In this document: piece after piece, positions 50,918 through 63,501 of the stretch
Position numbering within the stretch: position 1 is the first letter of the stretch
Layout of the letters: each line of letters starts with the position of its first letter
Origin: Octopus vulgaris
Taxonomy: Eukaryota
Assembly (NCBI GenBank): GCA_951406725.2
Contig: OX597816.1
Span: 57,722,001 to 57,786,000 of the forward strand
DNA: 64,000 nucleotides
Direction: 5' to 3'
Made by a program: the position numbers and the translations under genes
The notes under the pieces: model-generated
The model's database searches: none
What the model saw: the letters and a program-made list of their open reading frames with translations, nothing else
Told to the model about the DNA's origin: nothing

Positions 50918-51070
50918 AGTGGCTGTGTGGTAAGTAGCTTGCTAACCAACCACATGGTTCCGGGTTCAGTCCCACTGCGTGGCATCTTGGGCAAGTGTCT
51001 TCTGCTATAGCCCCAGGCCGACCAATGCCTTGTGAGTGGATTTGGTAGACGGAAACTGAAAGAAGCCCGT

Positions 51071-51135
<65 letters not shown>

Positions 51136-51232
51136 ATATATGTTTGTGTGTCTGTGTTTGTCTCCCTAGCATTGCTTGACAACCGATGCTGGCGTGTTTA
51201 CGTCCCCGTCACTTAGCGGTTCGGCAAAAGAG
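50918..51232 (+). mobile_element. SINE family A (3' truncated)
   Basis: Similarity to the other family A copies. Confidence 0.85.
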
Positions 51233-51259
51233 AATTTGAACTCAGAACGTAGATGCAGT

Positions 51260-51571
51260 TTAACCAAAACCGGGTATCTTATAGTCGTGATTCATATCGA
51301 TCCCTTCTGGGTATTAGCGCGCGTCTACGATGAGTCTACGATTTTTAAAAAAATTACCATCAATTTTTCCTATTTTAATGCATATTTGGCATATATAAGG
51401 GAAGTAACGCTCTAAAAATTTATTAAATCTCAGTACATAAAAAGCTACAGTAACACCCCTCGCCCTTTGTGGTTAGCCATATTGAGATAGCTATTATACT
51501 TTACATCTCTAAAAATGCTTATATAGTTATTTCCCTTACAAACCCGAGCAACGCCGGGCGATACTGTAAGT
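51260..51571 (+). mobile_element. Helitron-like 3' end
   Basis: GC hairpin cccgagcaacgccggg followed ~10 nt later by a degenerate CTRR-type end. Confidence 0.45.
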
Positions 51572-52366
51572 GTCTAATAATTTAAAAGACTTCAAGACGG
51601 AACTAGAATATTTGAAGTTGAAATATAGTTTTAAACAAAACATTTTAGTGTTACGTGTTCCACTAAAAGTATATGATTTCGTTATAAAACAATCAAATTA
51701 TAACTATTTATATTAATATAATTAATAAAATATCAGAAATAACAACAGAATTTTTTTTAATGTAATTAAACTCAATTTTTGTAATTAAATTATGTAACCA
51801 CAAATGCCTTACCTTTACGCATTGTTTGTGTTGTCACATGCTTGAATTTGCGATAACTTTCAAATATATATTGTAAATAAGAATTTTTATTGGTTTATTT
51901 ATTCTTTTCAGTATGCTAATGTATTACTTGAAAAAAAAATTAGGCCATTCACCAATTAACAAGTCATCCAGTAACTAAAAAAAACTTTTAAGAATTTGTG
52001 TTTCGTTTCGCTTGTTTTGGTTTCATTATAAATACTCGAGACAAGTGGCCTTTCAAATACGTTACCGAGAAATTTAATAGTGGAATAAATTATCATACAT
52101 TAACAGTGTTGGTGAAAAATTATCATAAATTAACAGTGACGAATGAAAATTTTGGTAAATTTTGCTAAGTGCACACGCTTAAATTTACCATTATTATCAT
52201 ACATTAATAGTGGGTTAAATACTGCCTTTAAAAATAATTAAGTAATCGCCACGTTGTAAGTTCAAACCTCGCAGGCATCGACATTTGGTACTAGTACCTC
52301 GACATTTTTATTCTTTAAGTGAGAAATGCTGACATACCCGCTGCACAAATGTGCCTCGTCACAGAC

Positions 52367-53088
52367 ATTTGTTTCCTCATAACTTATAGAAACATGGACA
52401 TGTTTTAATGATTTTTTTTTTTTACAAATATGCTTCAGATGATACAGATTTTTTTCCCGAGGGTGGGAAGAGAAGTTTCGGGAAATTCAGACGAGTTGGT
52501 TCTCTTTTCTAATAACTTTCAGCAAAAAAATCGGTATTTTTTTAATGAAAGGAATTTCAACCGTGTTTCGTGGTCTGCTACCACAACAGCTCCTTTATGG
52601 GATCCAGTTAGCTCAAGACATCATCAGGAGGAACCACGTCCGGTTCTATAAATATTCTATAAATATCTTTCAGATGGAGTAGATTACGATTATATCGGAA
52701 TTTAATGTTAAAAAGAAACAAAAAAACCCAAATTGGTGGGTTTGCACGCATCACAATGTTTTAAGAAATTTCAAGTTGCATTTTGTGATGTACCTGTATA
52801 TGTGCGAACCTACGATTATTTTTATTTTATTTTTTCGTATTAAATCACGATATAATCGTAATACACACCATCTGAAATTATAGAAAATTTCATTAAAAAA
52901 AATATATCCATTTTTCGGCAAGTTATGAGGAAACAAAGTCAACCCGTGTGAATTTTCAGAAACTCTTCTTCCCACCGTCGGAAAAACAAATCCCGACATC
53001 ATCGCAATCTACACATTCTGAAGTTTATTTGTAAAAAAAATTCATTAAAGAATATCCATTTTTCTGGATGTTATGAGGAAACAAATTC
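52367..53088. mobile_element. MITE/foldback element with ~180-200 bp imperfect inverted arms
   Basis: tttgtttcctcataac...gggtgggaagagaagtttc is complementary to gaaactcttcttcccacc...gttatgaggaaacaaa. Confidence 0.65.
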
Positions 53089-53424
53089 GAGGGAGATGGG
53101 TACCTTTGTGTAGTTAAGCCGGTATAGCGATTACAGACCTCCCTACACCCCGGTAACTTAAAATCGCTTTCAGATTACCCCCGGGGGTAATTTCAAATCG
53201 ATTTCAAGTTACCACCGCCTAAAATACTTCCCCAAATGTTCATCTCTGCTGCAGCAAATAGGAGAATCATTTTTCAATTGTGTTCTCTGTTTTGTGCAAT
53301 TTTCTAATTTGAGTTTGTAAAACTATTGACTATTATCGAAATAAAATACCTTTTTAGTGGATCCGCCTGAAATTACGGAACATCACACTAGATGTTTTAC
53401 TGAAGAATCATTATTATGTTTATT

Positions 53425-53991
53425 GTGAAGATGCCCATGTCTACAAGACAGAAAAGTAGGCCGACTTGGCCAGAGACCCGAGGGACGCTGGATCCAAAAC
53501 CAAAGTCTCTGCAGTCGAGGTTGGCGTCAGGGGATTTGTTGGATCATCTACCTACAGCCTCATGAAACAACTGTCCATCTGTGGAAGAAGCAGGGCTAGA
53601 ACCTTGAGGGCCGGAGAAGGCCACAAGTTGGATCTGGTCTAGGAGGAACAAAGGCCAACTTCATAAGGCTTAATTTGCCCCAATTCAACCGAGTGCCAGA
53701 TTGGCGTTATCGTGTAGGCCTGCGCCTCTGGAATCGGCGATCCGAGTTTGAATCCCGCTGGGACTGTGAGAAAAAGGAACCCTCACACCAAGCTGGAAAA
53801 GGGTACTTAGCCCTTCTCAGGGCCGCAGCAGTGCTAGAAACCAACCCCACCTAAGGCGCACTAAAACGGACAGCAGGTGGACATCTGGGAGTCATGACTC
53901 GGGTGTGTGCCCCCCTCCCACCTAGAGTGTCAGGAGTTAAGGGCCGAAACATTTGCCTAAAGGAGGTTTCTATCTGAGGACCACCTGCTGT
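53425..53991 (+). mobile_element. 3' end of a HERO-like RLE-type non-LTR retrotransposon with (TTA)n tail
   Basis: Manual translation EDAHVYKTEK*ADLA...AVEVGVRGFVGSS...TSWIWSRRN resembles the RLE C-terminus. Structured UTR ends at (tta)n. Confidence 0.65.
53693..53765 (+). pseudogene. tRNA-like sequence (CTG anticodon-like loop), degenerate
   Basis: Acceptor stem gtgccag/ctgggac (1 mismatch), A-box-like tggcgttatcg, B-box-like gagtttgaatccc. Confidence 0.5.
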
Positions 53992-54927
53992 TATTATTAT
54001 TATTATTATTATGACGATGATGGTGATTGTGGTGATACTGATGATGATGAAAAAATTTGACACACATTTCTAAATATACCTAAATGCAGTCTCTAATTAA
54101 ACCATCTGTATAAAAATCTAGCACTGAAGACAGACTGTCACTGGATCTCTTAGAAATAGCAGCCAAATATTCTTCAAATCACATTCTCTCGTCTTGAAAA
54201 TCATAACAAAAGCACACATTAGCTAGACCTAATGCTCATTAACAAACTCCTAAAAAGTCGGTATGGCCATGAGTGAGATGTCTTTGATCATAGACCTAAC
54301 TGATCGACACCTGAACTCCAATTAAACAACAATGTAGAAACAGAGAAAAAGAATTAAATAAACTTAACTTTATTAGATCGATTCCGTAAGTCATTTCTGT
54401 CTGAGCTGTCATTTCTATTTCTGGTTGCTACTTTCTTCTCTCGTTTCTTGCACCAGTTTTTCACAGACGAAATCTTTCACGGGAGAAAATGTTTCTACAC
54501 AACATCTTAAAACACACTCCCTCTCCCTTCTCTTCCCCTCCCTCCCCCCTCTCTCTCACTTGTATTGCTAGATTTAAGTTATTCAGATTCACAGACGATG
54601 TATATATAATACGATATATTAATGATAGACTGGAATACAATGCATGCATACAACCCCCCCCCCACACATACATACTTTGTGTGTGTACATACATTCATCT
54701 GTATAAAGATATATATAGCTGTATGTATTTATACATTTGCATATATGTGGGTGTGTATGTTTATATATATATATGTGTATATGTCTGTTATCATATAATG
54801 ATATGGATCTTTTCACTTTGACCGGCAGATTTTAAAAATAATTTCTTTGTAACTAAACACTTTTAGACTTCGTATACTGGTAGAATGTGTTACATAAAAC
54901 ATCTTTTTTCTCTTGGCTTTTCTCTTT

Positions 54928-55328
54928 TCTCTTTTACTTGTTTCAGTCATTTGACTGCGGCCATGCTGGAGCACAGCCTTTAGTCGAGCAAATCGACCCC
55001 GGGACTTATTCTTTGTAAGCCCAGTACTTATTCTATCGGTCTCCTTTGCCGAACCGCTAAGTGACGGGGACGTAAACACACCAGCATCGGTCGTCAAGCA
55101 ATGCTAGGGGGACAAACACAGACACACAAACACACACACACATACACATGTATATACATATATACGACAGGCTTCTTTCAGTTTTCGTCCACCAAATCCA
55201 CTCACAAGGCATTGGTCGGCCCGGGGCTATAGCAGAAGACACTTGCCCAAGATGCCACGCAGTGGGACTGAACCCAGAACCATGTGGTTGGTTAGCAAGC
55301 TACTTACCACACAGCCACTCCTGCGCCT
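54928..55328 (-). mobile_element. SINE family A, full length
   Basis: Similarity to the other family A copies. Confidence 0.9.
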
Positions 55329-56621
55329 ATGAGAAAATTCTATAGTTTCTTGAGAAAATTCTATAGTTTGTAAGCTATTTGTTGTTAAATTTCTTGCATT
55401 TCGGCAATTTCAACCTATCAATGACGTCTATTGAGGTGAATACAATTTCTGCTGTTGTTTGTCAACAACAATTTTGTTTGTGCGCTTGTCTGGAATAGAA
55501 AACAACCAAACTAGTGCATGATAGGAAAATACTCTGAAAGTAAGGTACCCCTGAAATGTCAAAAATAAAAAAAAAAGAATGTTAATATTTTCAGAGGAAA
55601 AAGTGAGTGGTTTGAGGGATTTCATCATCTTGCTCTCCAGAATTCTTCATTGCCAGCATAAATCAGCTACCGATGAAATGGCAAAATTGTGTCGATAATT
55701 TAGGCGCATACTTTGATTAACTGCATTGCTTTTTGTTGAGATAAAGTAAAATAAACTTTCAGTTTAAAAAATCAGACATTTCATTCTTAATGACTTGATA
55801 TATAGAAGCTCCCTGTTGGCTTGTTGAGAGTTAAATGTTCACTGTCATCTTGATGGCTCTGCAGATCAGATGTATTATTTAAACTGTCTAAACTGCCATA
55901 TTTACTGTTCAAGCTGTCAATATGATCAGATGTACTCTTTGAAAACTACTCTGTGTGTGGTTTAAATTACCAGCTGAGTCTGAAATTGAAAGGAATTTGG
56001 TTCACTATAATTTGGTGTGTTTCTTTTTAATTTGTAATTTACTCACTCATTTATTTCTATACTTACTGACATATTTATATATACACAGATCCTATCCACA
56101 TACACATTATATAACCACACAACTCATAACTGTAAATGTACATAAAACATGTCAATATGTATATGATATTAATTGGCCTATATTTATAATATATAAATAA
56201 GATAGTGGTACGACATTGCACCAATATTTACTTGAAATAGCAGTCGAGTAAAGCTTCACTATATATATATATATATGTACTGGCAAACTTGTTAGTGAGT
56301 GGTGAACATAAAAAAATTCATCTTACCTGTAGGAAGAACATTAAATAAATGTACAACCCAGATGCAGATAATCTAGGTTTTGAAGTTTGCAAATTATGTT
56401 TAACATAAATTTGATTAGTCCTCATTGGCTAGATTCACCTAGACAAAATCTCAAATGTCACTACATCAATACCAGTATATGCTGTCTGAGACGCCTAGCC
56501 ATTAACAGACCGAGAACAGTGAAAAAGTTTTCAAAGAAAATATTATTAAATAGTGCAATACAGTAGTATTGCTTCCCAGTAAAACAAAGCACCATTAGGT
56601 TAAAGTATATATATATATATA

Positions 56622-56900
56622 TACTCTTTTACTTGTTTCAGTCATTTGACTGCGGCCATGCTGGAGCACCGCCTTTAGTCGAGCAAATCGACGCCGGTGG
56701 CACATAAAAAGCACCCACTACACTCTTGGAGTGGTTAGCATTAGGAAGGGCATCCAACTGTAGAAACACTGCCTGATCAGACTGGTGCAGCCTCCTGGCT
56801 TTCCAGACCCCATTTGAACTGTCCAACACATGCCAGCATGGAAAAACGGACGTTAAACAATGATGATGATGATCATGATCATCATCATCATCATCATCAT
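56622..56900. mobile_element. Chimera: inverted family A 3' end fused to a family C body
   Basis: Family A sequence ends at gcaaatcgac (~56692) and switches directly to gccggtggcacataaaaagcacc. Confidence 0.7.
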
Positions 56901-58482
56901 CAGCCTTCTTTGTACTGTCAGGCATTACCTACTCTTCTTTCTGTCTATTTAACATTAATAACTCCTCAACCTATATTCTTTCATTATATTCGCTGCTCAC
57001 CCATTCCCCCTCTCCAATCATCCTTCACCATCCCTATACACTTGTCTAATCAACACTACCTTCTTACACTTCAGTGAAGGTTTGTGGCTTAGCTGAATGC
57101 TCACGATCATAAGGTACTGAGTTCAATTCCCGGCGACGCATTGTATTCTTAAGCAAGACACTTTATTTCATGTTGCTCCAGTCCACTCTGGCATGGTTTA
57201 TACTGCTAGATGTCCTTCCTAAAATCAACCACTTTACAGAGTGTACTGGGTGCTTTTTATGTGACACCAGCACATGAGATTTTTATGTGGCACCAACGGG
57301 CCTATTGTTATGTGTATATAAGCACCATTCAAGTGTGGCTGATGCCAATGTTGCCTGACTGGCACTTGTACCAGTGGCATGTAAAAAGCACCATTCGAGC
57401 ATGGCAAATGTCAGTGCCTCCTGACTGGCTCCCGTGCCGGTGGCACGTAAAAAGCACCCACTACATTCTCGGAGTGGTTGGTGTTAGGAAGGGCATCCAG
57501 CTGTAGAAACCTTGCCAGATCAGATAGGAGATTGGTGCAGCCTTCTGGTTTACCAGTCCTCAGTCCGACCCGTGCCAGTATGGAAAGCGGACGTTAAAGG
57601 ACAACAATAATGATGACGATTCAAAATGGGTGTGAGATGTTGAATTATAGCCAGAGAGTGTGGAAAAGAGTTTGTCAAACAAAATGGAGTGATAAGGTAA
57701 AGAAGTTTGTGAAGCACTTCATGATTTAATTCATGTCCTACTGGACCTCCCTGCGACAACTGAAAAATAGTTGAAAGTTAATACTTTGTTGATCTCTTAT
57801 TGTTATTGGTTTTAAATTTTAGCACAAGGCCAGCAATTTCAAGAAAAGGGCAAAGTCGGTTACATTGACCCCAGTACATGACTCAAAAGAATGAAAGGCA
57901 AAGTCAACTTTGGTGGAATTTGAGCTCAGAATATAGTGACAGGTGAAATACCGCTAAGCATCTCGTCCAGTGTGCTAACGATTCTGCCAGCTCACTACCT
58001 GTCTTTTATTATTATTGATCAGATGTTATTATTAGTTATGGCTCTGGGAGAAAGCCTCAGTACCTTGGATTTCCATTCCTTCAAAAGTATTTTTAAAAGA
58101 AGCTGTAAATTTTGACTTGAATTGTTGTCCAAAGATTGAAGCGAGGCAGTCTCCCTTGTGATGTAACATCCCCCTCGTTGGGGAGGGGATGTAACAGCCA
58201 GAGGGAGAGAAGGCTACATTAGCAGAAAGTTGGTACTCAGAGCTGAGTAGAGTGAGCAATGTCTTGAGGATACAGTGCACTGGTCCAAGATTTGAGCTCA
58301 CAAGGTTGCAAGACACAACGAAAATTTTAGGAAAAAAAAAAGAAATAAGTGGATACTTTACCGGTGAGTTAAATTATAAGGCGCAAAAAGAAAATGACTC
58401 TCCCCAGACACAACAGAATATGCTTCAACACACGAACTCATATAAAGAATCTTGCAAACCAACTCCCAAAACGAAATAAATA

Positions 58483-58623
58483 TTAGGTTGTCCCAAAAGT
58501 TCGTAAACACTTGCGAAAATTGAATTTTTACTCGCCAAGTACTGACAAAAACAACAAAAATTATTCCTCAAAATAAAGACCATTATTTTCCAAGACTTTC
58601 TACGAACTTTTGGGACAACCTTA
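58483..58623. mobile_element. Mariner-type MITE (~140 bp) with TA TSD
   Basis: TA|ttaggttgtcccaaaagttcgta ... tacgaacttttgggacaacctta|TA. Confidence 0.85.
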
Positions 58624-59269
58624 TATATATATATATATGTATATATATATTTATACACATATGTATAAATATATGATAGGCTTCCTTCCATTTACAAAGC
58701 TTTGGTTGGCCTGAGGCTATAGTAAAAGATACTTGATACTTGCCCAAGGTGCCATGCTGTGGGACTGAACCTGGAACCATGTGGTTGAGAAGCAAACTTC
58801 TTACCACGCATCCATGCCTGCAAGATTTCCAAGTTGTTCAGGGCGTTGAGCATCTTAGTTCCCATGTATTTTGAAATTTTAAATCCTCGTTGCTTCATAT
58901 CCACGAAATATCACTTGTTCCCAACAAATCAATATTTCTCATGGCCATTTTCACATGACTGATTCTAAAAATAAACCAGAATTAGTTTTGCTCATGATGA
59001 TGAGGATGATGATGATTAACATGTTGAGACATGTGATGACCGTGTGTCAGCATCAATACAATACAAGAGCATTAAATGGAAATGCAAATTAACAGACATT
59101 TGATTACTTGTTGGGTAGGTTTTACAGTTTCCTAAACAAACTAATCTTTTCTCTTACTTTGATCTAATGTAAAACACACATGCACACACAAAACATACAT
59201 AAAATACATATTCACACAGGTGGCGCTGGCATCTGAGCACCATTCGACTGGCACCTGTGCCAGTGACAT

Positions 59270-60075
59270 ATAAAAAGCACCATTCAAACATGGCCGATCC
59301 CAGTGCCGCCTGATTGGCACCTAAAAACTACCATTCAAACATGGCCGATGCCAGTGGCACCTGATTGGCACCTAAAAAGCACCATTCAAACATGGCCGAT
59401 GCCAGTGCCACCTGATTGGCACCTAAAAACTACCATTCAAACATGGCCGATGCCAGTGGCACCTGATTGGCACCTAAAAAGCACCATTCAAACATGGCCG
59501 ATGCCAGTGCCACCTGATTGGCACCTAAAAACTACCATTCAAACATGGCCGATGCCAGTGCCACCTGATTGGCACCTAAAAAGCACCATTCAAACATGGC
59601 CGATGCCAGTGCCACCTGATTGGCACCTAAAAAGCACCATTCAAACATGGCCGATGCCAGTGCCGCCTGATTGGCACCTAAAAAGCACCATTCAAACATG
59701 GCCGATGCCAGTGCCACCTGATTGGCACCTAAAAAGCACCATTCAAACATGGCCGATGCCAGTGCCACCTGATTGGCACCTAAAAACTACCATTCAAACA
59801 TGGCCGATGCCAGTGGCACCTGATTGGCACCTAAAAACTACCATTCAAACATGGCCGATGCCAGTGGCACCTGATTGGCACCTAAAAAGCCCCATTCAAA
59901 CATGGCCGATGCCAGTGCCACCTGATTGGCACCTAAAAAGCACCATTCAAACATGGCCGATGCCAGTGCCGCCTGATTGGCACCTAAAAAACTACCATTC
60001 AAACATGGCCGATGCCAGTGGCACCTGATTGGCACCTAAAAAGCACCATTCAAACGTGACTGATGCCAGTGTCAC
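59270..60075 (+). repeat. Homogeneous 51-bp minisatellite (~15 copies) within a family C element (59220-60272)
   Basis: Unit gccagtgccacctgattggcacctaaaaagcaccattcaaacatggccgat, continuing into a normal family C 3' end. Confidence 0.95.
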
Positions 60076-60410
60076 CTAGTGGCTCCCGTGCCGGTGGGAC
60101 GTAAAATGTACCCACTACACTCTTGGAGTGGTTGGCATTAGAAAGGGTATCCAGCTGCAGAAACCTTGCCAGATCAGACTGGAGCCTGGTGCAGCCTTCT
60201 GGCCTGCCAGTCCTCAGTCAAACCATCCAACCCATGCCAGCATGGAAAGCGGATGTTAAACGACGATGATGAATGGTGATGACACAAACACACTCACACA
60301 TACCCACAAAACATGCGTATATACATACACACACATAAAATACATGCTTGCACATACCCACAAAATGCACATATACACACGAACATAAAATACATACTTG
60401 CACACAAACA

Positions 60411-60745
60411 CATCATCATCATCATCATCATCATCATTTAACATCCGTTTTCCATGCTAGCATGGGTTGGACGGGTCAACCGGGGTCTGGGAAGCCATGG
60501 AGGCTGCACCAGGCTCCAGTCTGGTTTGGCAGTGTTCCTACAGCTGGATGCCCTTCCTAACGCCAACCACTCCGTGAGTGTAGTGGGTGTTTTTTACATG
60601 CCACCGACACAGGGGCCAGAGGAGGCTGGCAGCGGCCACGATCGGTTGGTGCTTTTACGTGTCACCGACACAGACGCCAGTCAGGCAGTGCTGGCATCTT
60701 CCACATCCGGACGGTGCTTTTTACGTGTCACCGGCACAGGTGTCA
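60411..60745 (-). mobile_element. Family C retroposon
   Basis: Reverse complement of the 19046-19393 type. Confidence 0.85.
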
Positions 60746-61156
60746 CCACACACACATACAAGCGCATGTTTTCTATTTTTTTCTCCTAGTTTTACTTGCT
60801 TGGTGGTCTAAAGGAGAAAATAATGCCTTTGGCTTTCACAGACCTTCCAAGACCAGTGAGCCTGATGCTGTTAAGGTCCCTCTTGAATTTTTGTAATTCA
60901 ACACCAGTGGGTAGGATTCCAAGCAAAGAAGAATTGGGCAATTGTGAGTTCAAATTCCGCCAAGGTCAGCATTGCTGTTCATCCTTTTGGGTCCAATAAA
61001 ATAAATACCAGTTGAGCGCTGGGGTTGAAGTAATTAACTTAAACCCCATCTCCTGAAATTGCTGGCCTTGTGCCAAAATTTGAAACCTAATATTAGGATG
61101 ATGAGACAGTTGAGTAATTAAGGGTAAGTTGGACTCAAAGATCAGCAAGTTGTGAC

Positions 61157-61194
<38 letters not shown>

Positions 61195-61249
61195 TGTTTT
61201 AAATTCGGATTTTGTCCCCATTAATGGGGGTGGCCAGATCTACCTCAAT

Positions 61250-61530
61250 TCTATAGCAACCGCTCTCACACCATCTCGCCATCTTGCCTAGTTTGGGCAT
61301 CCTCCTTTTTCAAACCAAACCTCCCAATCTTCTCCCCCACCTTTTCCTTAGTCCACCTCGCTTTCGTGCTCCATTTACCTCAAACGCAATCACCCTCCTC
61401 AGAACATGCTCTCCATCCCTCCTCAACACATACCCATACCACCTCACTCCATTTGCCCTTGCCAACCATTCCACGGATTCCTCCAACCGCAGCATTCCCA
61501 TCAAATCCCCCTCCTCCTTGACCCTCCAAG
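61250..61530 (-). mobile_element. RTE-clade LINE C-terminal fragment
   Basis: VRWYGYVLRRDGEHVLRRVIAFEVNGARKRGGLRKRW. Confidence 0.7.
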
Positions 61531-61920
61531 ACTTATATAATGGCTTAACTCTTTAGCATTCAGATTACTATGTCAAATGTAATTCCAATTAATCATGGCT
61601 TATCGTGTAGCTTTGAAATATTGATGCTGTGACTAGTTATTTTTAAAACGACATTGTAGGGTAAGTGTGAGAGGTCAGGTCTGACTAAGATCAACATAAA
61701 ACAAGAAGCATATTTGGGCCTGATATGGCTAGTTTAAATACTAAAGGATTAAAACAAATCTTCAGTTCTGCCTCCCACTACAGAGAAATCAACAAAGGGA
61801 GGCACCATTAATCGAAACATTAACTTCCTTAATCATTAATCTATTAACCAAAAAGTTAACTTTGATAACCGTTAATCAGTTGATTATTTCATAATTTAAC
61901 GGAAGTTATCGATAAACCTA

Positions 61921-62142
61921 TTTCTTTACTACTCACAAGGGGCTAAACACAGAGAGGACAAACAAGGACAGACAAACGGATTAAGTCGATTATATCGCCC
62001 CCAGTGCATAACTGGTACTTATTTAATCGACCCTGAAAGGATGAAGGGCAAAGTCGACATTGCTGGAATTTGAACTCAGAATGTAGCGGCAGATGAAATA
62101 CCGTTAAGCATTTCGTCTGGCGGGCTAATGTTTCTGTCAGCT
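61921..62142 (-). mobile_element. SINE-like family B
   Basis: Similarity to 22774-23000. Confidence 0.85.
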
Positions 62143-62636
62143 AACGTTAATTTTTATTATTTAACAAAAACAAAAAACAAAAAAAAACAGTTTTTCCTCT
62201 AAAACCACCCAAAACAACCTTTAAAAATCACCACAACCATAAAATTGGTAAACTTCAATTCTATAGAAGTTAACGGAAGTTAATTAGTCTGATAATGATT
62301 TCCAAAGTTAACTTATGTTAAATTGCTAATGATAATGTTAACTTCATTGATTAGCAATTAATGGATTAATAGTTTGGTGTCCAGGTTCGGAAATCAATTA
62401 AATACATATTGCTTGGCTGAGAAGTTTGCTTCACAATTATGTCATACTGGTGTCTTTGTCAGAATGATCTTAAGTAAATGCTTACTCTCATCACCTTGGG
62501 TTTCACAAAAGCCTTTATCATCCATTACTGAGAAGACCCGGCAAATAAAGCAAGTTCACAGCTGCAACCCACACCAGAGTCGCATAACCAGCCCACTCAA
62601 AAGTTCCATGGATCACATCAAATGGAAATTGTAGTT

Positions 62637-62895
62637 GTGATCCCTGTGCTGGTACCACGTAAAAAGCACCACCCGATCTTGGTCAATGTCTGGCCCCTGT
62701 GCCGGTGGAATGTAAAAAAAGCATCCACTACACTCAGAGTGGTTGGCGTTAGGAAGGGCATCCAGCTATAGAAACACTGCCAGATCAGACTGGTGCCTGG
62801 TGCAACTTCCTGGCTTCCCAGACCCCAGTTGAACTGTTCAACCCATGCCAGCATGAAAAACGAACGTTAAACAATGATGATGATGATGATGATGA
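62637..62895 (+). mobile_element. Family C retroposon
   Basis: Similarity to 19046-19393, with a (GAT)n tail. Confidence 0.85.
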
Positions 62896-63181
62896 TACTC
62901 CCATCGTCTCTTCTATAATATGAGTAGCCATGTAGTTCCTCTGCTACAAGAGATCTGTGATGTTCTGTTCCCTTTTCCCATACTTTAACCTCCCATCTCT
63001 TAGCATAAAACCTCTTCCTGCTCCACTGGTGAGCATTCCATCTTAGTGTATTCAAAACTGCATTATCCATGGTGTCCTTCCTTTTTTGACAAAAGAATTT
63101 GAAGAATGGGATTTAGCTCAAGTGACTACTTAGTATTTCCTTTCGTTGTGTTTGTAATATCATTGGTACTTTTCACACGCA

Positions 63182-63265
63182 TACTACTACCACTACTACT
63201 ACTACCACCACCACCACCACCACCACCATTACTACTACTACTACTACTACCACCACCACCACCAT

Positions 63266-63298
<33 letters not shown>

Positions 63299-63408
63299 CA
63301 CCACTACTACCACCACCATTACTACTACAACTACCACCATCACCACAAACACCACCACCATTACTACCACCACCACCACCACCACAACAACAACAACTAT
63401 TAACTATT
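63182..63408. repeat. Compound (CTA/CCA)n microsatellite just upstream of the zinc-finger exon acceptor
   Basis: Trinucleotide runs. Confidence 0.95.
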
Positions 63409-63501
63409 GATGTCACCCATCTCCACTAACTCTTCTTTTGTTCCCTTTTCCAGCGTACCGCATCCACATATCCATAAGCCGTGGAGTTTCTTGTCAGAAA
63501 T

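Noticed and set aside
53940-53985. Possible type-II hammerhead (GAAAC...CUGAGGA) in the HERO-like UTR
   Set aside because: The stem II closing pair cannot form (C opposite C), and GAAAC pairs with a downstream GUUUC instead.
59270-60075. CRISPR-like array or genuine repeat protein
   Set aside because: The units are tandem with no unique spacers, there are no cas genes and the context is eukaryotic. The ORF follows from a stop-free 51-bp unit.
63106-63429. Poly-Pro/Leu, poly-Gly/Ser and poly-Val ORFs
   Set aside because: They come from an intronic trinucleotide microsatellite directly upstream of a splice acceptor.
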